A stretch of 64,000 nucleotides of DNA from the human T2T-CHM13v2.0 reference genome, Homo sapiens, in the NCBI RefSeq assembly GCF_009914755.1, contig NC_060925.1, one strand, 5' to 3'. Shown piece after piece: positions 16,325 through 28,459 of the stretch. The position numbers and the translations under genes are program-made. Under the pieces are notes generated by a model, which was given only the letters and a program-made list of their open reading frames with translations, had not been told where the DNA came from and did no database searches. Every line of letters starts with the position of its first letter. Position 1 is the first letter of the stretch.

Positions 16325-16445
16325 TAAAGATAATTAGGAAATACAAGCAGACAAATTCATTACCTTGAATGAATGACAAATAGCAGAGCCAAGTTTTCAA
16401 ATCAAGTGGTCTGGTGTCAGAGTGTTTGCTCCTAACCCACATGCT
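16325..16445 (-). mobile_element. MIR fragment
   Basis: gcagagccaagttttcaaatcaagtggtctggtgtcagagtgtttgctcctaacc resembles the reverse MIR core. Confidence 0.55.
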
Positions 16446-17449
16446 GGATTTTCTTTTTCTTTTTTTCTTTTTGGATTTTTTTACAAAACACAATTTTTAT
16501 GTATGAAATTTTCTTGTAAAAACAATTAACAACAACAAATATTTAAGTAAATTATTAAAATAAAAATTGCTTACAAAGGTATATAATTACAAACTTACCC
16601 ACCTCTGGCAATTTCTAACTATCTTTCCGTATTTAAAAAAAGGGCACGTATCACCCTCCATGAGCCTTAATCCGTGACTGAAATACACCAAACTCAAAAC
16701 TCATTAAGTTCTAAAACTGCCTGTTGATTTTTTTGAAACTCAGTTTAATGCCTTCTTATTTATTAGTACTTGATGTTAAATGTATTCAGACTAGGCCTTT
16801 TATCCCTAACACTTTTAACTCACTCAGCTCACTTCCTTGGTAATTTCAAACAAATAAACCTCAGGCAATAACAGTCATTGTCTAAATTCCCTATCATTTT
16901 ATTATTTTGTTTCTATGACAGGTAAAATTTTGGGATTATCCTAGAATATAAACAGTTTCTCTGTTTGATTTATCTCAATGTTTTTTTGCCTTCCATCCAT
17001 CCCTGATACTTTTTCTCTTCATTCCTCTGCCTATCTTGTAAAAATCTCCCTAACTTAAAAATATGTCATACATTTGTACAGACACAGTTTATTTGAGTAT
17101 ATTTATTCAATCAATTATGTAAAGCACATTTTTACACATAAAATATAAAATATTAAACATCATAATACATATTTTAATGTATAGGCCTCATCAAAGTGAA
17201 TAATATATTAACAACAACAAAATGACCCACTAGTGAAAGCAATCTTACTTCTTTTCCTCTTCACATAAAAATATTAAGTATACATTTTCATTGGAATTTA
17301 GAAGTTAGAAGGTACTTAGCAATTAATATACAAAATAATCTTAATCCTCTAATTGGGGATCAGAAAGAGCTTTATGAATTAGTACTTTGGGAAGTGCTAT
17401 ATTTTTAAGGAAATTGCCTTAGCCTTTGTGAAGCTGTATATATATATAT

Positions 17450-18520
17450 TCCAACTGAATTTATTAAAGAGTTAGAATATTGATTAGGATTGTATGCACT
17501 GAATTTATAAATTTATTTAGAAAGAATAGTTAACTCTACCAATATTGAGGATCTAATATTGCCATTGCATAAGGGAATATGCCTCTTTATTCATGTAAGT
17601 ATCTTCAATGTAAATTACAGTTTCGTCTTGTAATTGTGTTTACTTGTAGGCATTAAAATTTTTTGTTGCACTTACAGGTGTACTGTCTATACTATTTTCT
17701 GATTGCTTATGTCAGGAGCTTAGCTGATCTGGGAGAGAAAGAGCTGAATTTTCAAGTGTTGGAATAGCTGACTAAAGCAACAAACCAAAAATTAAAGAGT
17801 TAATCACTTACTGTGATGGTATAAACAAGAGTCTAAAACCAGAGAGCACTGGCTCTCCCTGTTCCATTTTCCTCTATGGAAGGGCACACTGGTCGAAGGT
17901 CAAGTGGATAAGTTCTGACCTGGGGTCATGTCAGTGTTGAAGGAGCACAAATAAAAGGCTCCTGCAGTTTTGTGGACCCTGAAGTGGAGGGCTGGGGCCA
18001 ATAAGTGGAAAGGACTAGGAGTTGAAAGGTACTGGGTACTGAGTCAGACAGTGGAAAAGTGTCTTCAATGTTTCCCCCTGCTCCCTGCATAAAGAGGCCT
18101 CAGATGTCTGAGGAATACCTCTTTCCAAGGCCTCAGATAAAGAGACTCCAGAATGAAGGCACAGTGACTAAGAATGTAAATGTGTGAAAAAGCATGACCG
18201 GCCATCCAGGGGGCCTGAGATCGTGACTCTGTACAGACTGTGACGCACGGGCTATACATCAAATCTGCCTCAGGGAGGGCAGCTTTCCCCTGTGAGTCTT
18301 GCCAGGTAAAGTCTCTCTAATTGCATAGGTAGGGTCAGGCCTGAAGAATCAACAGTAGAATTTTAAGCAGGAGTCAGTCTCCTCAGTTTAGTGCTGCTAT
18401 ATAGAAAAGTATAGATTTTAATATGGTGGTACAAAATCTACCTACTTTAAAAGACTATTTTTAGATTACATCAATATTGTATCTCAAATTTTCTACATAG
18501 CTAATTTTATCTCATACAAA
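17450..18520 (-). mobile_element. Ancient L1M ORF2 remnant, split by the LTR at 17710-18385
   Basis: ttgattaggattgtatgcactgaatttata... before the LTR and tgctgctatatagaaaagtatagatttt after it are collinear with antisense L1. Confidence 0.5.
17710..18385 (-). mobile_element. Old solo LTR (probably ERVL class), copy 1 of 2
   Basis: tg...ca termini; 5-bp flanks gctta/gttta (TSD with one mismatch); collinear with 40160-40875. Strand and family tentative. Confidence 0.7.
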
Positions 18521-18664
18521 ACAATGTACAATGACTTGTGGATAAATAACTTGGATTAGTAACATGATTTAAGGACATCATATTTGACCGAGCTTTTCTG
18601 AAAAACAAAGTATTGGAAGAGCCCCATATTGATGCTTTCATACATTAACTTGTTAGAGAGGAGA

Positions 18665-18855
18665 AATACAGACTGATTAAAAGCACAGGATACGGAGCCA
18701 GATTCCCAAGGTATGACCTTAGCTCTGCAACTTAAGAGCTTCATGATTTGGAGAATGTTGATTTTTTGTTTCTGTTTCATCTTGAAAATGGGGATAACAA
18801 CAATACCTACTTCATAAAAGTTTAAATATATCAATGTATTTATTGTGCCTAGGTT
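18665..18855 (+). mobile_element. MIR
   Basis: aaagcacaggatacggagccagat...ctgtttcatcttgaaaatggggataacaacaatacctacttcata. Confidence 0.75.
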
Positions 18856-19194
18856 TTGTTTATTTGTTCCCCTTATTAATTCTACAAGATTTTTTTGGAC
18901 TCCACAAGCCCAATTCTGAATAAACTAAAATCTAGTCCTTCTGAAATACTTCATGTTGCTACCAACTACCTTCAGGTCTCATATATTACATATGCTGAAA
19001 CCTGCCTTTCTTGCTTCTATTGGAAAATAACTCATTCTAAATCTTTACTTATTTTTATCAGATCAAGATACTACCACTTACCATTTTCAGAGTGATATCA
19101 GCACATTCCTCCTGAATAACCATGTTGCAGTAGGCTTACTTATTTTATATACATTTTCATTGTGTTCATAGTTACTTACATTTGTGTTGTTTTT

Positions 19195-19540
19195 TAACTA
19201 GACTGTGAGCTTCTGGATGGCAAAGACTGTGTCTTTCAACCCTGTATACCTGGTTACAGCCACAGTACCTCATCTATGGCATGTAAATGTCAGAGAGAAG
19301 GAAAATGGAGATGATGCCTTTTCCATGTGCCTGGTTCTATATGTTCTCTACAAACATTTCTTTAATTCACATTTTAAAGCTAGGAGGCAGCATGTTTACT
19401 TCATCTTTCAAATGCGAAAAGTAACTTTTGAGAGAGTTAACTGCTTTACAAAAGATCACACATGCAACAGTAATTATAAAGCAGGGCATGGTTCCTAGAC
19501 CTGTCTGCTTCTAAAGTTCATGCTCTTTTCACCACCCGCT
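19195..19540. mobile_element. L2 3'-end fragment (+) followed by a MIR (-)
   Basis: tagactgtgagcttctggatggcaaagactgtgtc (L2 end); catctttcaaatgcgaaaag...gatcacac...ctaaagttcatgctctttt (MIR). Confidence 0.65.
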
Positions 19541-20027
19541 GCCGGAGTGAAAGATGTGACTTAAGCTGCATTTAAAGAAGGATGCCTGGTGTCACTGTGC
19601 ATGATGCAAGGACTAGTAAGAGTTGTAGTCCGTCTTAGAGGAAGAAACGGTTACCTAAAAGAAGGCCTTTAGGGAAAGGGTGGCAGTGAGAAGGTAAACT
19701 AGCAGTAAAACCAGGAGGCTAAAACCTGGTAATTATGATGCCATTGAAAGTAGGGGAACCAGTAAAGAGTGGGTTCACTAGTGAGGTCACTTCAGGAATT
19801 ATTATATTCTTTACTTAAAACTAAGTCAGAGTTATTCTATTTATCTAACAGAGTCCAACAAGAGTGTACACACTCACTGACACCAGCTATATAAAAGGAG
19901 AATCAATCTTATTACCCTGATCATCAAAATATCAGGGTGAATAGGATTAAGAATACAAAGCCTTTCCATAGTTTTATTATACAATTACAAATTATAAATA
20001 CTATAATGGTATATGCCTATCAGTTTA

Positions 20028-20575
20028 CGTGATGGTTATTTTTATGTTAACATGACTGGGCCATAGAACACAGTAATTTTTCAAATATTATTTTTCGTGT
20101 GTCAGTGAGGGTGTTTCTGGATACAATTAACATTTGAATCTGTGGATTGGATACAGCAAATTGCCCTCCCTGATGTAGTTGAGGCTCATCCAATCCACTG
20201 AAGGCATAAATCTAATAAAAGGCTGAGTAAAAAAAGAATTGTTTCTCGTTGCCTGATTGTCTTCAAACTGGGATATCCATTTTCTCCTACATTTGGACTC
20301 AAAGTAAAATGTTGACTCATCCTGAATGTCCAGCCTACTGGCCTTCAGACTGGAAATACACCATTGGCTTTCCTGGATCTCTAGCTTGTTAATTGCATAT
20401 TTTATTACTTGTTAGCCTCCATAATCATGTGTCATAGAATAAATAATAATAAATATATAATAAATTTATTTTAGAATAAATTTATCTGTCCGTTGATAAA
20501 GACACAATTATGGATTTAGATATAAAACCTCTCTCTCTCTCTCTTATTTGTCTGTTTCTTTGGAGAACCTGGACA
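20028..20575 (+). mobile_element. MLT2B-type (MLT2B4-like) ERVL solo LTR
   Basis: gtgatggttattttatg...gagggtgtttctggat...ctcatccaatcc...agcctccataatcatgtg...tctgtttctttggagaacc. Confidence 0.85.
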
Positions 20576-21027
20576 TTGTTAACATATTGCATAAAGGCAC
20601 ACGAAAAATAAAACAATGAAGAATTGAAATGTAAGACATTTCTCATAGTCACTGTCATTAAAAGGCAAGGAGTGCTACCTGCATTTGATGGACGCCAATC
20701 CAGGATTCAATCTTTGCAACTTGGAGAAATGGTCACCTTTGGCTTATCTGAAAACACAATAACATGCGATTAAATTTTCATGCACTTCAAAGAATGTCAT
20801 TATTGTTTTTTGTTTCACAAAACAAAAAAGCAGATCAGAATATCTACAGAATTCAAAAGATTACATACCAAAGTAATAGCAAAAATACCTCATTAAAACA
20901 ATATTTTGATAAAGCTATTTGTAATCTTGATATGAGAATAAAGAAAGGGAATGCTATAGAATATTTATGTGCTATAGAATATGTGCACACACAAATATAT
21001 ATTTATAAATACACATATATTTGAGAA

Positions 21028-21476
21028 TGTGATGGTTAATACTGGGTGTCAACTTGATTAGATTAAAGGATGCAAGGTACTAAACCTGGGTGTGTCTGTG
21101 TGGGTGTTGCCAAAATGATTAACATTTGAATCAGTGGTCTGGGGAAGGCAGATCCACCCTTAATCTGGTGGGCACAATCTAATCAGCTTCCAGCGAATAT
21201 AAAGGAGGCAGAAAAATGTGAAAAGAAGACATGGGTCTAGCCTCTTGGTGTACATCTTTCTCCCATGCCGGGTACTTCCTGCCCTCAAACAACAGACTCC
21301 AAATTCCTGAGTTCTCCTTGCTCCTCAGACTGGTTCTCCTTGCTCCTCAGCTTGCAGACAGCTTATTGTGGGACCTTGTGATTGTGTAAATTAATGATTA
21401 ATAAACATATATATATATGTTTATTATATATATATCCTGTAAGTACTTTCCTTCTAGGAGAAACCTGACTAATACA
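21028..21476 (+). mobile_element. MLT2A2 LTR, 5' LTR of the HERV-L provirus
   Basis: tgtgatggttaatactg...ctgactaataca, immediately followed by the HERV-L leader ttttggtaccaggagtgg. Confidence 0.92.
21055..21065 (-). promoter_or_regulatory. Perfect DUX4-type motif TAATCTAATCA in the MLT2A2 LTR
   Basis: Plus strand reads tgattagatta; a second near-match caatctaatca lies at 21175-21185. Binding is inferred, not shown. Confidence 0.65.
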
Positions 21477-23268
21477 TATTTTGGTACCAGGAGTGGTTTT
21501 AAAGGAACAGAATATTAAGGGTGGAGTTCTTTCATTGCTTTTGGGGTTTCTGAAGTTGGCTGCTTAATATGATTAGACCCATAAATGCTAAGGACCCTAC
21601 TTTTAATAGTACAGAGAACACTGATAGTCCTTGGCATGAACTGTTTTAGAGAGACGCAAAATAAATGTGTTTGACACTCCTGTTTCACCGCTCATGAGAG
21701 GCAAGGAGTTTAGTAACTCTATACATAATACCTTTGACCATATGTGGAGAACCAAGGAACATAATGAAGCTAGTTGGTTCGTCTTAAGTTCAGTGGACAA
21801 AAGTGATGAAAGAAAATGATGAACTCAGGGATTCTGTCTCCTGGCTTCAGAAGCAGATACTGAGCCCCAAATCTGCTAAGATTGCCCTGAGTGAGAGTCT
21901 TATCTCCTGTACAGAAAAAGCTGAAATTGTGGAAAAACAGACACAAGCTCGTATCATGCAAGTTGCTGACCTGCAATGAAAGATGCATGCACAGTCTCGC
22001 CAGGTGGCTACTGTTAAAGTGAGGGCATTTACTGGAAAGGAATGAGACCCTGCAATTTGGAATGGGGAAGTGTGGAAGGACCCCAGTAAAGCTGGGGACA
22101 CTGAGTTTGTAAACTCTGATCAACCTTTTTTGCCAGAAGGAATAGCTTCCCCATCCCCAGTAGTGGCAACATCCCCTCCCTGACCCATGCTTCCATCAGC
22201 TTTTGTCTCAGGAGATAAACCCTGTGCTGCCTAAGGCAACAGTGATGGCCTCCCTTGAGGCAGTTGCCAGGCAAGATAATGTCAATTCTCCTCAGAAGCC
22301 ACCCCCAACACCTCTGTTTGCTTCTAGACCTATAACCACACTAAAGTCTCGGCAGAACCCTAGAGGTGAGGTTCAGGGGGTGACCCATGAGGATGTGCAC
22401 TAAACTCGAAAAGAACTATTTGAGTTCTCTAATTTATTATATAAACAGCAATCTGGAGAACAGGCATGAGAATGGATATTAAAGGCATGGGATAATGGTG
22501 GAAGGAACATAGAGTTAGAACAGGCTGAATTTATTGATTTGGGGCCACTAAGTAGGGATTCTGCATTTAATACTGCAGATCAGATAATTAAAAAAGGTTC
22601 TAATAGTTTATTTGCTTGATTAGCTGAAATATGGATTAAAAGATGGCCCCCTGTGAGTGAGCTGGAAATGCCTTATCTCCCTTGGTTTAATGTAGAGGAA
22701 GGGATCCAAAGGCTTAGGGAGATTGAGATGGTGGAGTGGATTAGTCACTTTAGCCTTACTCCTCCCAGCTAAGAGGGTCCAGAAGACATATCCTTGACAA
22801 ATGCCTTGTGAAATAGACTTGTGAGGGCATCACCTGCATCTTTGAAGAGCACTGTAATTACTCCTCTTTATAGGTCAGATCTAACTGTGAGAACTGCCGT
22901 CACTCAACTACAAAATTTACATACGATGGATCCCGAGATGGCAGGGCCAAGTGGCAACACTCAACCCATCAAAGGCAAGGTGGGTGTAACTACCATATGA
23001 ACAGCATAGGCAAAGTGGCGATCAGAATAGTCTGACTCACATAGAGCTCTGGCATTAGCTAATTAATCACGGTGTTCCTAGAACTGAAATTGGTAAGAAG
23101 CCTAATGCATTTCCATTAAATTTATATAAGGAGAAAACCTCTAGGTCAAATGGTCAGAAGACTAATTTGAGTTATAAAAATAGAGAATCACGTCCCCTCA
23201 ATTGATTTCCAGACTTGAGCCAATTTACAGACCTAGAACCTCTTGAATGAAGGGGAGGCCAGCTCCCC

Positions 23269-23693
23269 TTGAGGAAAGACTCCACTACATTACTGACAAT
23301 CTATGCAGTGAATCCTTCTCCCATCCTTCCCCAAGAAGACCTCCAGCCTTTTATCAGGGTAACTGTGCACTGGGGAAGGGGAAATGATCAGACATTTTGG
23401 GGACTACTGGACACTGGCTCTGAACTGACATTGATTCCAGGGGAACCAAAATGTCACTGTGGTCCTCCAGTTAAAGTTGGGGCTTATGGAGGTCAGGTAA
23501 TCAATGGAGTTTTAGCTCATGTCCAACTTACAGCAGGTCCAGTGGGTCGGCAAACTCATCCTGTGATCATTTCCCCAGTGCCAGAATGCATAATTGGCAT
23601 AGACATACTTAGCAGCTGGCAGAACCCCCACATTGGCTCACTGACTGTTACGGTGAGGGCTATTATGGTGGGAAAGGCCAAATGGAAGCCATT
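23269..23693 (+). pseudogene. HERV-L aspartic protease remnant
   Basis: FWGLLDTGSELTLIPG and CIIGIDIL motifs lie in one open frame. Confidence 0.85.
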
Positions 23694-25418
23694 GACTTGG
23701 CAAATGCCTTTTTCTCCATTCCTGTCCATAAGGCCCACCAGAAGCAATTTGCCTTCAGCTGGCAAGGCCAGCAATATTCCTTCACTGTCCTACCTCAGGG
23801 ATATATCAACTCTCTAGCTTACTGTCATAACATTATTCAGAGAGAACTTGACACCTTTTCACTTCCGAAAATATCACACTGGTCCATTACATCGATGAAA
23901 TTATGCAGATTACATCCAATGAGCAAGAAGTAGCAAACACACTGGACTTACTGGTGAGACATGTGTGTGCAGGAGGATGGGAAATAAATACGATTAAGAT
24001 TCAGGGAGCTTCTACCTCAGTAAAATTTCTAGGGATCCATTGGTGTGGGGCCTGTGGAAATACTCCTTCTAAGAAAGGGTAAGTTGCTGCATTTGGCCCC
24101 TCCTACAACCAAGAAAGAGGCACAATGCCTATTGGGCCTATTTGGATTTTGGAGGCAACACATTCCTCATTTGGGTGTGTTACTCCAGCCCATTTATAGG
24201 GTGACCTGAAAGGCTGCCAGTTTTGAGTGGGGTCCAGAACAGGAGAAGGCTCTGCAACAGGTCCAGGCTGCTGTGCAAGCTGCTCTGCTGCTTGGGCCAC
24301 ATGACCCAGCAGATCCAATAGTGGTTGAGGTGTCAGTGGCAGATAGGGATGCTGTTTGGAGCCTCTGGCAGGCCCCCATAGGTGAATCACAGTGGAGGCC
24401 TCTAGGATTTTGGAGCAAGGAACTGCCATCTTCTGCAGATAACTACTCTCCTTTTGAGAGACAGCTATTGGCCTGTTAATGGGCATTGGTGAAAACTGAA
24501 CGTTTGACTATGGGTCATCAAGTCATCCTGTGACCTGAACTGTCTATCATGAACTGGGTGCATTCTGACCCACCTAGCCATAAAGTGGGTCATGCACAGC
24601 AGCATTCCATCATCAAATGGAAGTGCTATATACGTGATTGGGCTCGACCAAGTCCTGAAGGCTGAAGTTACATGAGGAAGTGGTTCAAAAGCCCATGGTC
24701 TCCACTCCTGCCACTCTGCCTTCTCTCCCTTTGCTTGCAACCAATGGCCTCACGGGGAGTTCCCTGTGATCAGTTGACAGAGGAAGAGAAGACTAGGGCC
24801 TGGTTCACAGGTGGCTCTGCACCATATGCAGGCACCAGCTGAAAGTGGACAGCTACAGCACTACAGCCCTTTTCTACGAAATCCCTGAAGGACAGCAGTG
24901 AAGGGAAATCTTCCCAGTGGGCAGAACTTTGAGCAGTGCACCTGGTTGTGCACTGTGCAGGGAAGGAGAATTGGCTGGATGTCTGATTACACACTGATTC
25001 ATGGGTTGTAGCCAATGCTTTACCTGGATGCTCAGGGACTTGGAAGAAGCAAGACTGGAAAATTGGTTGACAAAAAAATTTGGAGAAGAGGTATGTGGAT
25101 GGACCTCTCTGAGTGGTCAAAAACTGTGAAGATATTTGTATCCCACCCATGTGAGTGTTCAGCAACAGGTGACCTCAGTGAAGAAGTTTAATAATCAAGT
25201 GGATAGGATGACCTGTTTTGTAAACACAACTCAGCCTCTGTCCCTAGCCACACCTGTCATCACCCAATGAGACCATGAACAAAGTGGCCATGGTGGCAGT
25301 GATGGAGGTTATGCATGGGCTCAGCAACATGGAATTCCACTCACCAAGGCTGACCTGGCTACATCCACTGCTGAGTGCCAAATTTCCCAGCAGCAGAGAC
25401 CAACACTGAGCCCTTGAT

Positions 25419-26225
25419 ATGGCACCATTCCCTGGGGTGATCAGCCAGCTATCTGGTGGCAGGTTGATTATATTTCCGTCATGGAAAAGGCAGAGGTTTG
25501 CCCTCATTGGAATAGACACTTACTCTGAATGTGTGTTTGCCTATCCTGCACAAAATGCTCTTGCCAGGACTACCATATGTGGACTCAAGGAATGCCTTAT
25601 CCACCATCATGGTATCCCACACAGCATTGCCTCTGACCAATGCACTCACTTTATGGATAAAGAAGTGTGGCAGTGGGCTCATGCTCATGGAATTCAGTGG
25701 ACTTTCTATGTTCTCCATCATCCTGAAGCAGCTGGATTGATAGAACAGTGGAATGGCATTTTGGAGTCACAATTACAATGCCAACAAGGTGACAATACTT
25801 TGCAGGGCTGGGGAAAAGTTCTCCAGAGGGCTGTTTATGCTCTGAATCAGCATCCAATATATGGTAATGTTTCTCCCATAGCCAGGATTCATGGGTCCAT
25901 GAATCAAGGGATGGAAGTAGAAGTGGCACCACTCACCATTACCCGTAGTAAATCACTAGCAAAATTTTTGCTTCTTGTTCCCATAACATTACATTCTGCT
26001 GGCTTAGAGGTCTTAGTTCCAGAGGGAAGAAACTTGCCACCAGGAGACATGACAACAATTTCATTAAACTGGAGGTTAAGACTGGTACCTGGACACTTTG
26101 GGCTCCTCCTACCTTTAGGTCAACAGGCTAAGAAGGGAGTTACAGTGTTGGCTGGGGTGACTGACCCAGACTATAAAGACGAAATCAGTCTACTACTGCA
26201 CAATGGAAGTAAAGAAGAGTATGCA
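25419..26225 (+). pseudogene. HERV-L integrase core plus dUTPase-like region in one open frame (274-aa ORF ending inside the Alu)
   Basis: Integrase core motifs followed by dUTPase-like sequence. The N-terminal part is out of frame relative to the HHCC domain. Confidence 0.85.
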
Positions 26226-26513
<288 letters not shown>

Positions 26514-27810
26514 AAAGAACAGTATGCATGGAATTCAGGAATTCAGGAGATCCATTAGGGTGTCTCTTAGTATTTCCATGCCCTGTGATTAAGGTCAATG
26601 GGAAACTACAACAGTCCAATCTAGGGAGGACCGAGACCCTTCAGAAATGAAGGTTTTGGTCACCCCACCAGGAAAAAAATTGGGACCTGCTGAGGTGCTT
26701 GCTGAAGGCAAAGGGAATACAGAATGGGTAGTAGAAGAAGGTAGGCATCAATACTAGTTACAAACACATGACCAACTGCAGAAATCAGGACTGTAATTGT
26801 CATGAGTATGTCCTCCTTCTTTTGTTAAAAACACGTTTGTGCATGTATACACTTGTACTAATAAAATATCTTCATGTTATTCCCTTTTCCTTTATCATGT
26901 GACATAAGATTTATTGACTTCATATCAGCATGTAAGTATTGTTAACTTTATGTAATAAAGTTAAAGAAATGTTTCTAATCTGACTGTAATTTCACCTGAT
27001 GTTTTATTTTCTGATTTTATTATTTCAATAGTTGAAGATGTAAACATATCAAAGTCTTAGAAAAAAACATTTTAACACTTTTATATCATTAAATGACTTG
27101 TGCAAATATTGGTGGTAATAGGACCCTTGAACCTATTACAGTGCTTAACAAATTTAAATTATAAAAATGTGTGTTCCATATAAGTATTTTTTAATAATTT
27201 TGTATTTGACATCCAAAGTAATATTATTTATCATAATATTTGGTGAAATTTGTTTCTTAATTTTTGTTGTAACATTTTCATTAAGATGTTCTGAAGTATT
27301 TTTTTAAATATTAATTCCTATTATAGTACATTTTAAACATATTGCTTGCTATTATTTGTTCTAATATGATAATTCTGGATCTATTTATACTGTGCTTATT
27401 TTAATAGTAGATTGAACAGTATTTTAGGTTTTTTTGAAGTTTTACTATCTCAATCAATCTTTACATACAGCGCTATGTTAACAACTATTTTTTTTACTTT
27501 ATCTTTAAAGTTATCTGATAGATAAATTATGCAATACATAGGTATCCAAAGTTAAAGAGGTTTTGAGTTGCAAAGATAAAAATGCAAAATGAACTTTAGA
27601 AAACATTCTTAAGTACCTCTTTATCATGTTAAGTACATTTGTGGCAAACAATAGCTATAAAGAGAGAGATATTATATATACCTATCAAGCTATACTATAA
27701 ATAATGGTCAATATCAGTGGAGTATGAGTATCAGATATACATATGTCTTGAATATCACAAGGACATATATTTAGCATGACATTTATTTCCCTTTCTAATT
27801 CTCTATATTA

Positions 27811-27985
27811 TGAACTGGATGTCTATCATAAACTGGATGCTTTCTGACCCATCTAGCCATAAATTGGGTCATGCACAGCAGCATTCCATCATCAAATGGA
27901 AGTGCTATGTACGTGATTGGGCTCAAGCAGGCCTTGAAGGCACAAGTTACATGAGGAAGTGGTTCAAATGCCCCTGGTCTCCACT
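27811..27985 (+). mobile_element. Isolated HERV-L pol fragment, copy of about 24536-24706
   Basis: Manual alignment gives about 15 mismatches in 166 bp against the upstream provirus. Confidence 0.93.
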
Positions 27986-28116
27986 AAAATTCTAAAATTT
28001 TTCTAAAATTTTTATTCTAAATTTTTTTCCTAAAATTTTAATTTCTGAATATAATTTTAGGTTCTTGTTTTGATCACCAATTGCAATGTATTTAATCAGG
28101 CTTTAATAGGGGTAAT

Positions 28117-28262
28117 AGGGGTGGAAGTGGAAGTGGCACCACTCACCATCACCCCTAGTGATCCACGAGCAGAAGTTTTGCTTCCTTTTCCCACAACATT
28201 ACGTTCTGCTGGCCTAGATGTCTTAATTGCAGAGGGCAGAAACCTGCCACCAGGAGACACAA
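28117..28262 (+). mobile_element. Isolated HERV-L IN/dUTPase-junction fragment, copy of about 25907-26052
   Basis: Manual alignment gives about 21 mismatches in 144 bp; translates to GVEVEVAPLTITPSDP...PPGDT. Confidence 0.93.
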
Positions 28263-28370
28263 TAAAATTGTCTATTTAGTTTTAAAAGATAATAAACTTT
28301 TAATTTTAAATAATATTCTTCCATTTGGGGTGTCAAAAAATTAGCATTCTAATTCACTTTTTTTGGTAAG

Positions 28371-28459
28371 AACTGTAATGTAGTATGTCTTACTAAAGAA
28401 AGTCTCTAGTTCTGAAAACTGTAATGTAGTCTATCTTATTAAAAAATGTCTCTGGTTCT
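28371..28459. repeat. Diverged tandem duplication, period 46 bp, two copies
   Basis: aactgtaatgtagt...gtctctagttct at 28371-28413 recurs at 28417-28459 with about 6 mismatches. Confidence 0.9.
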
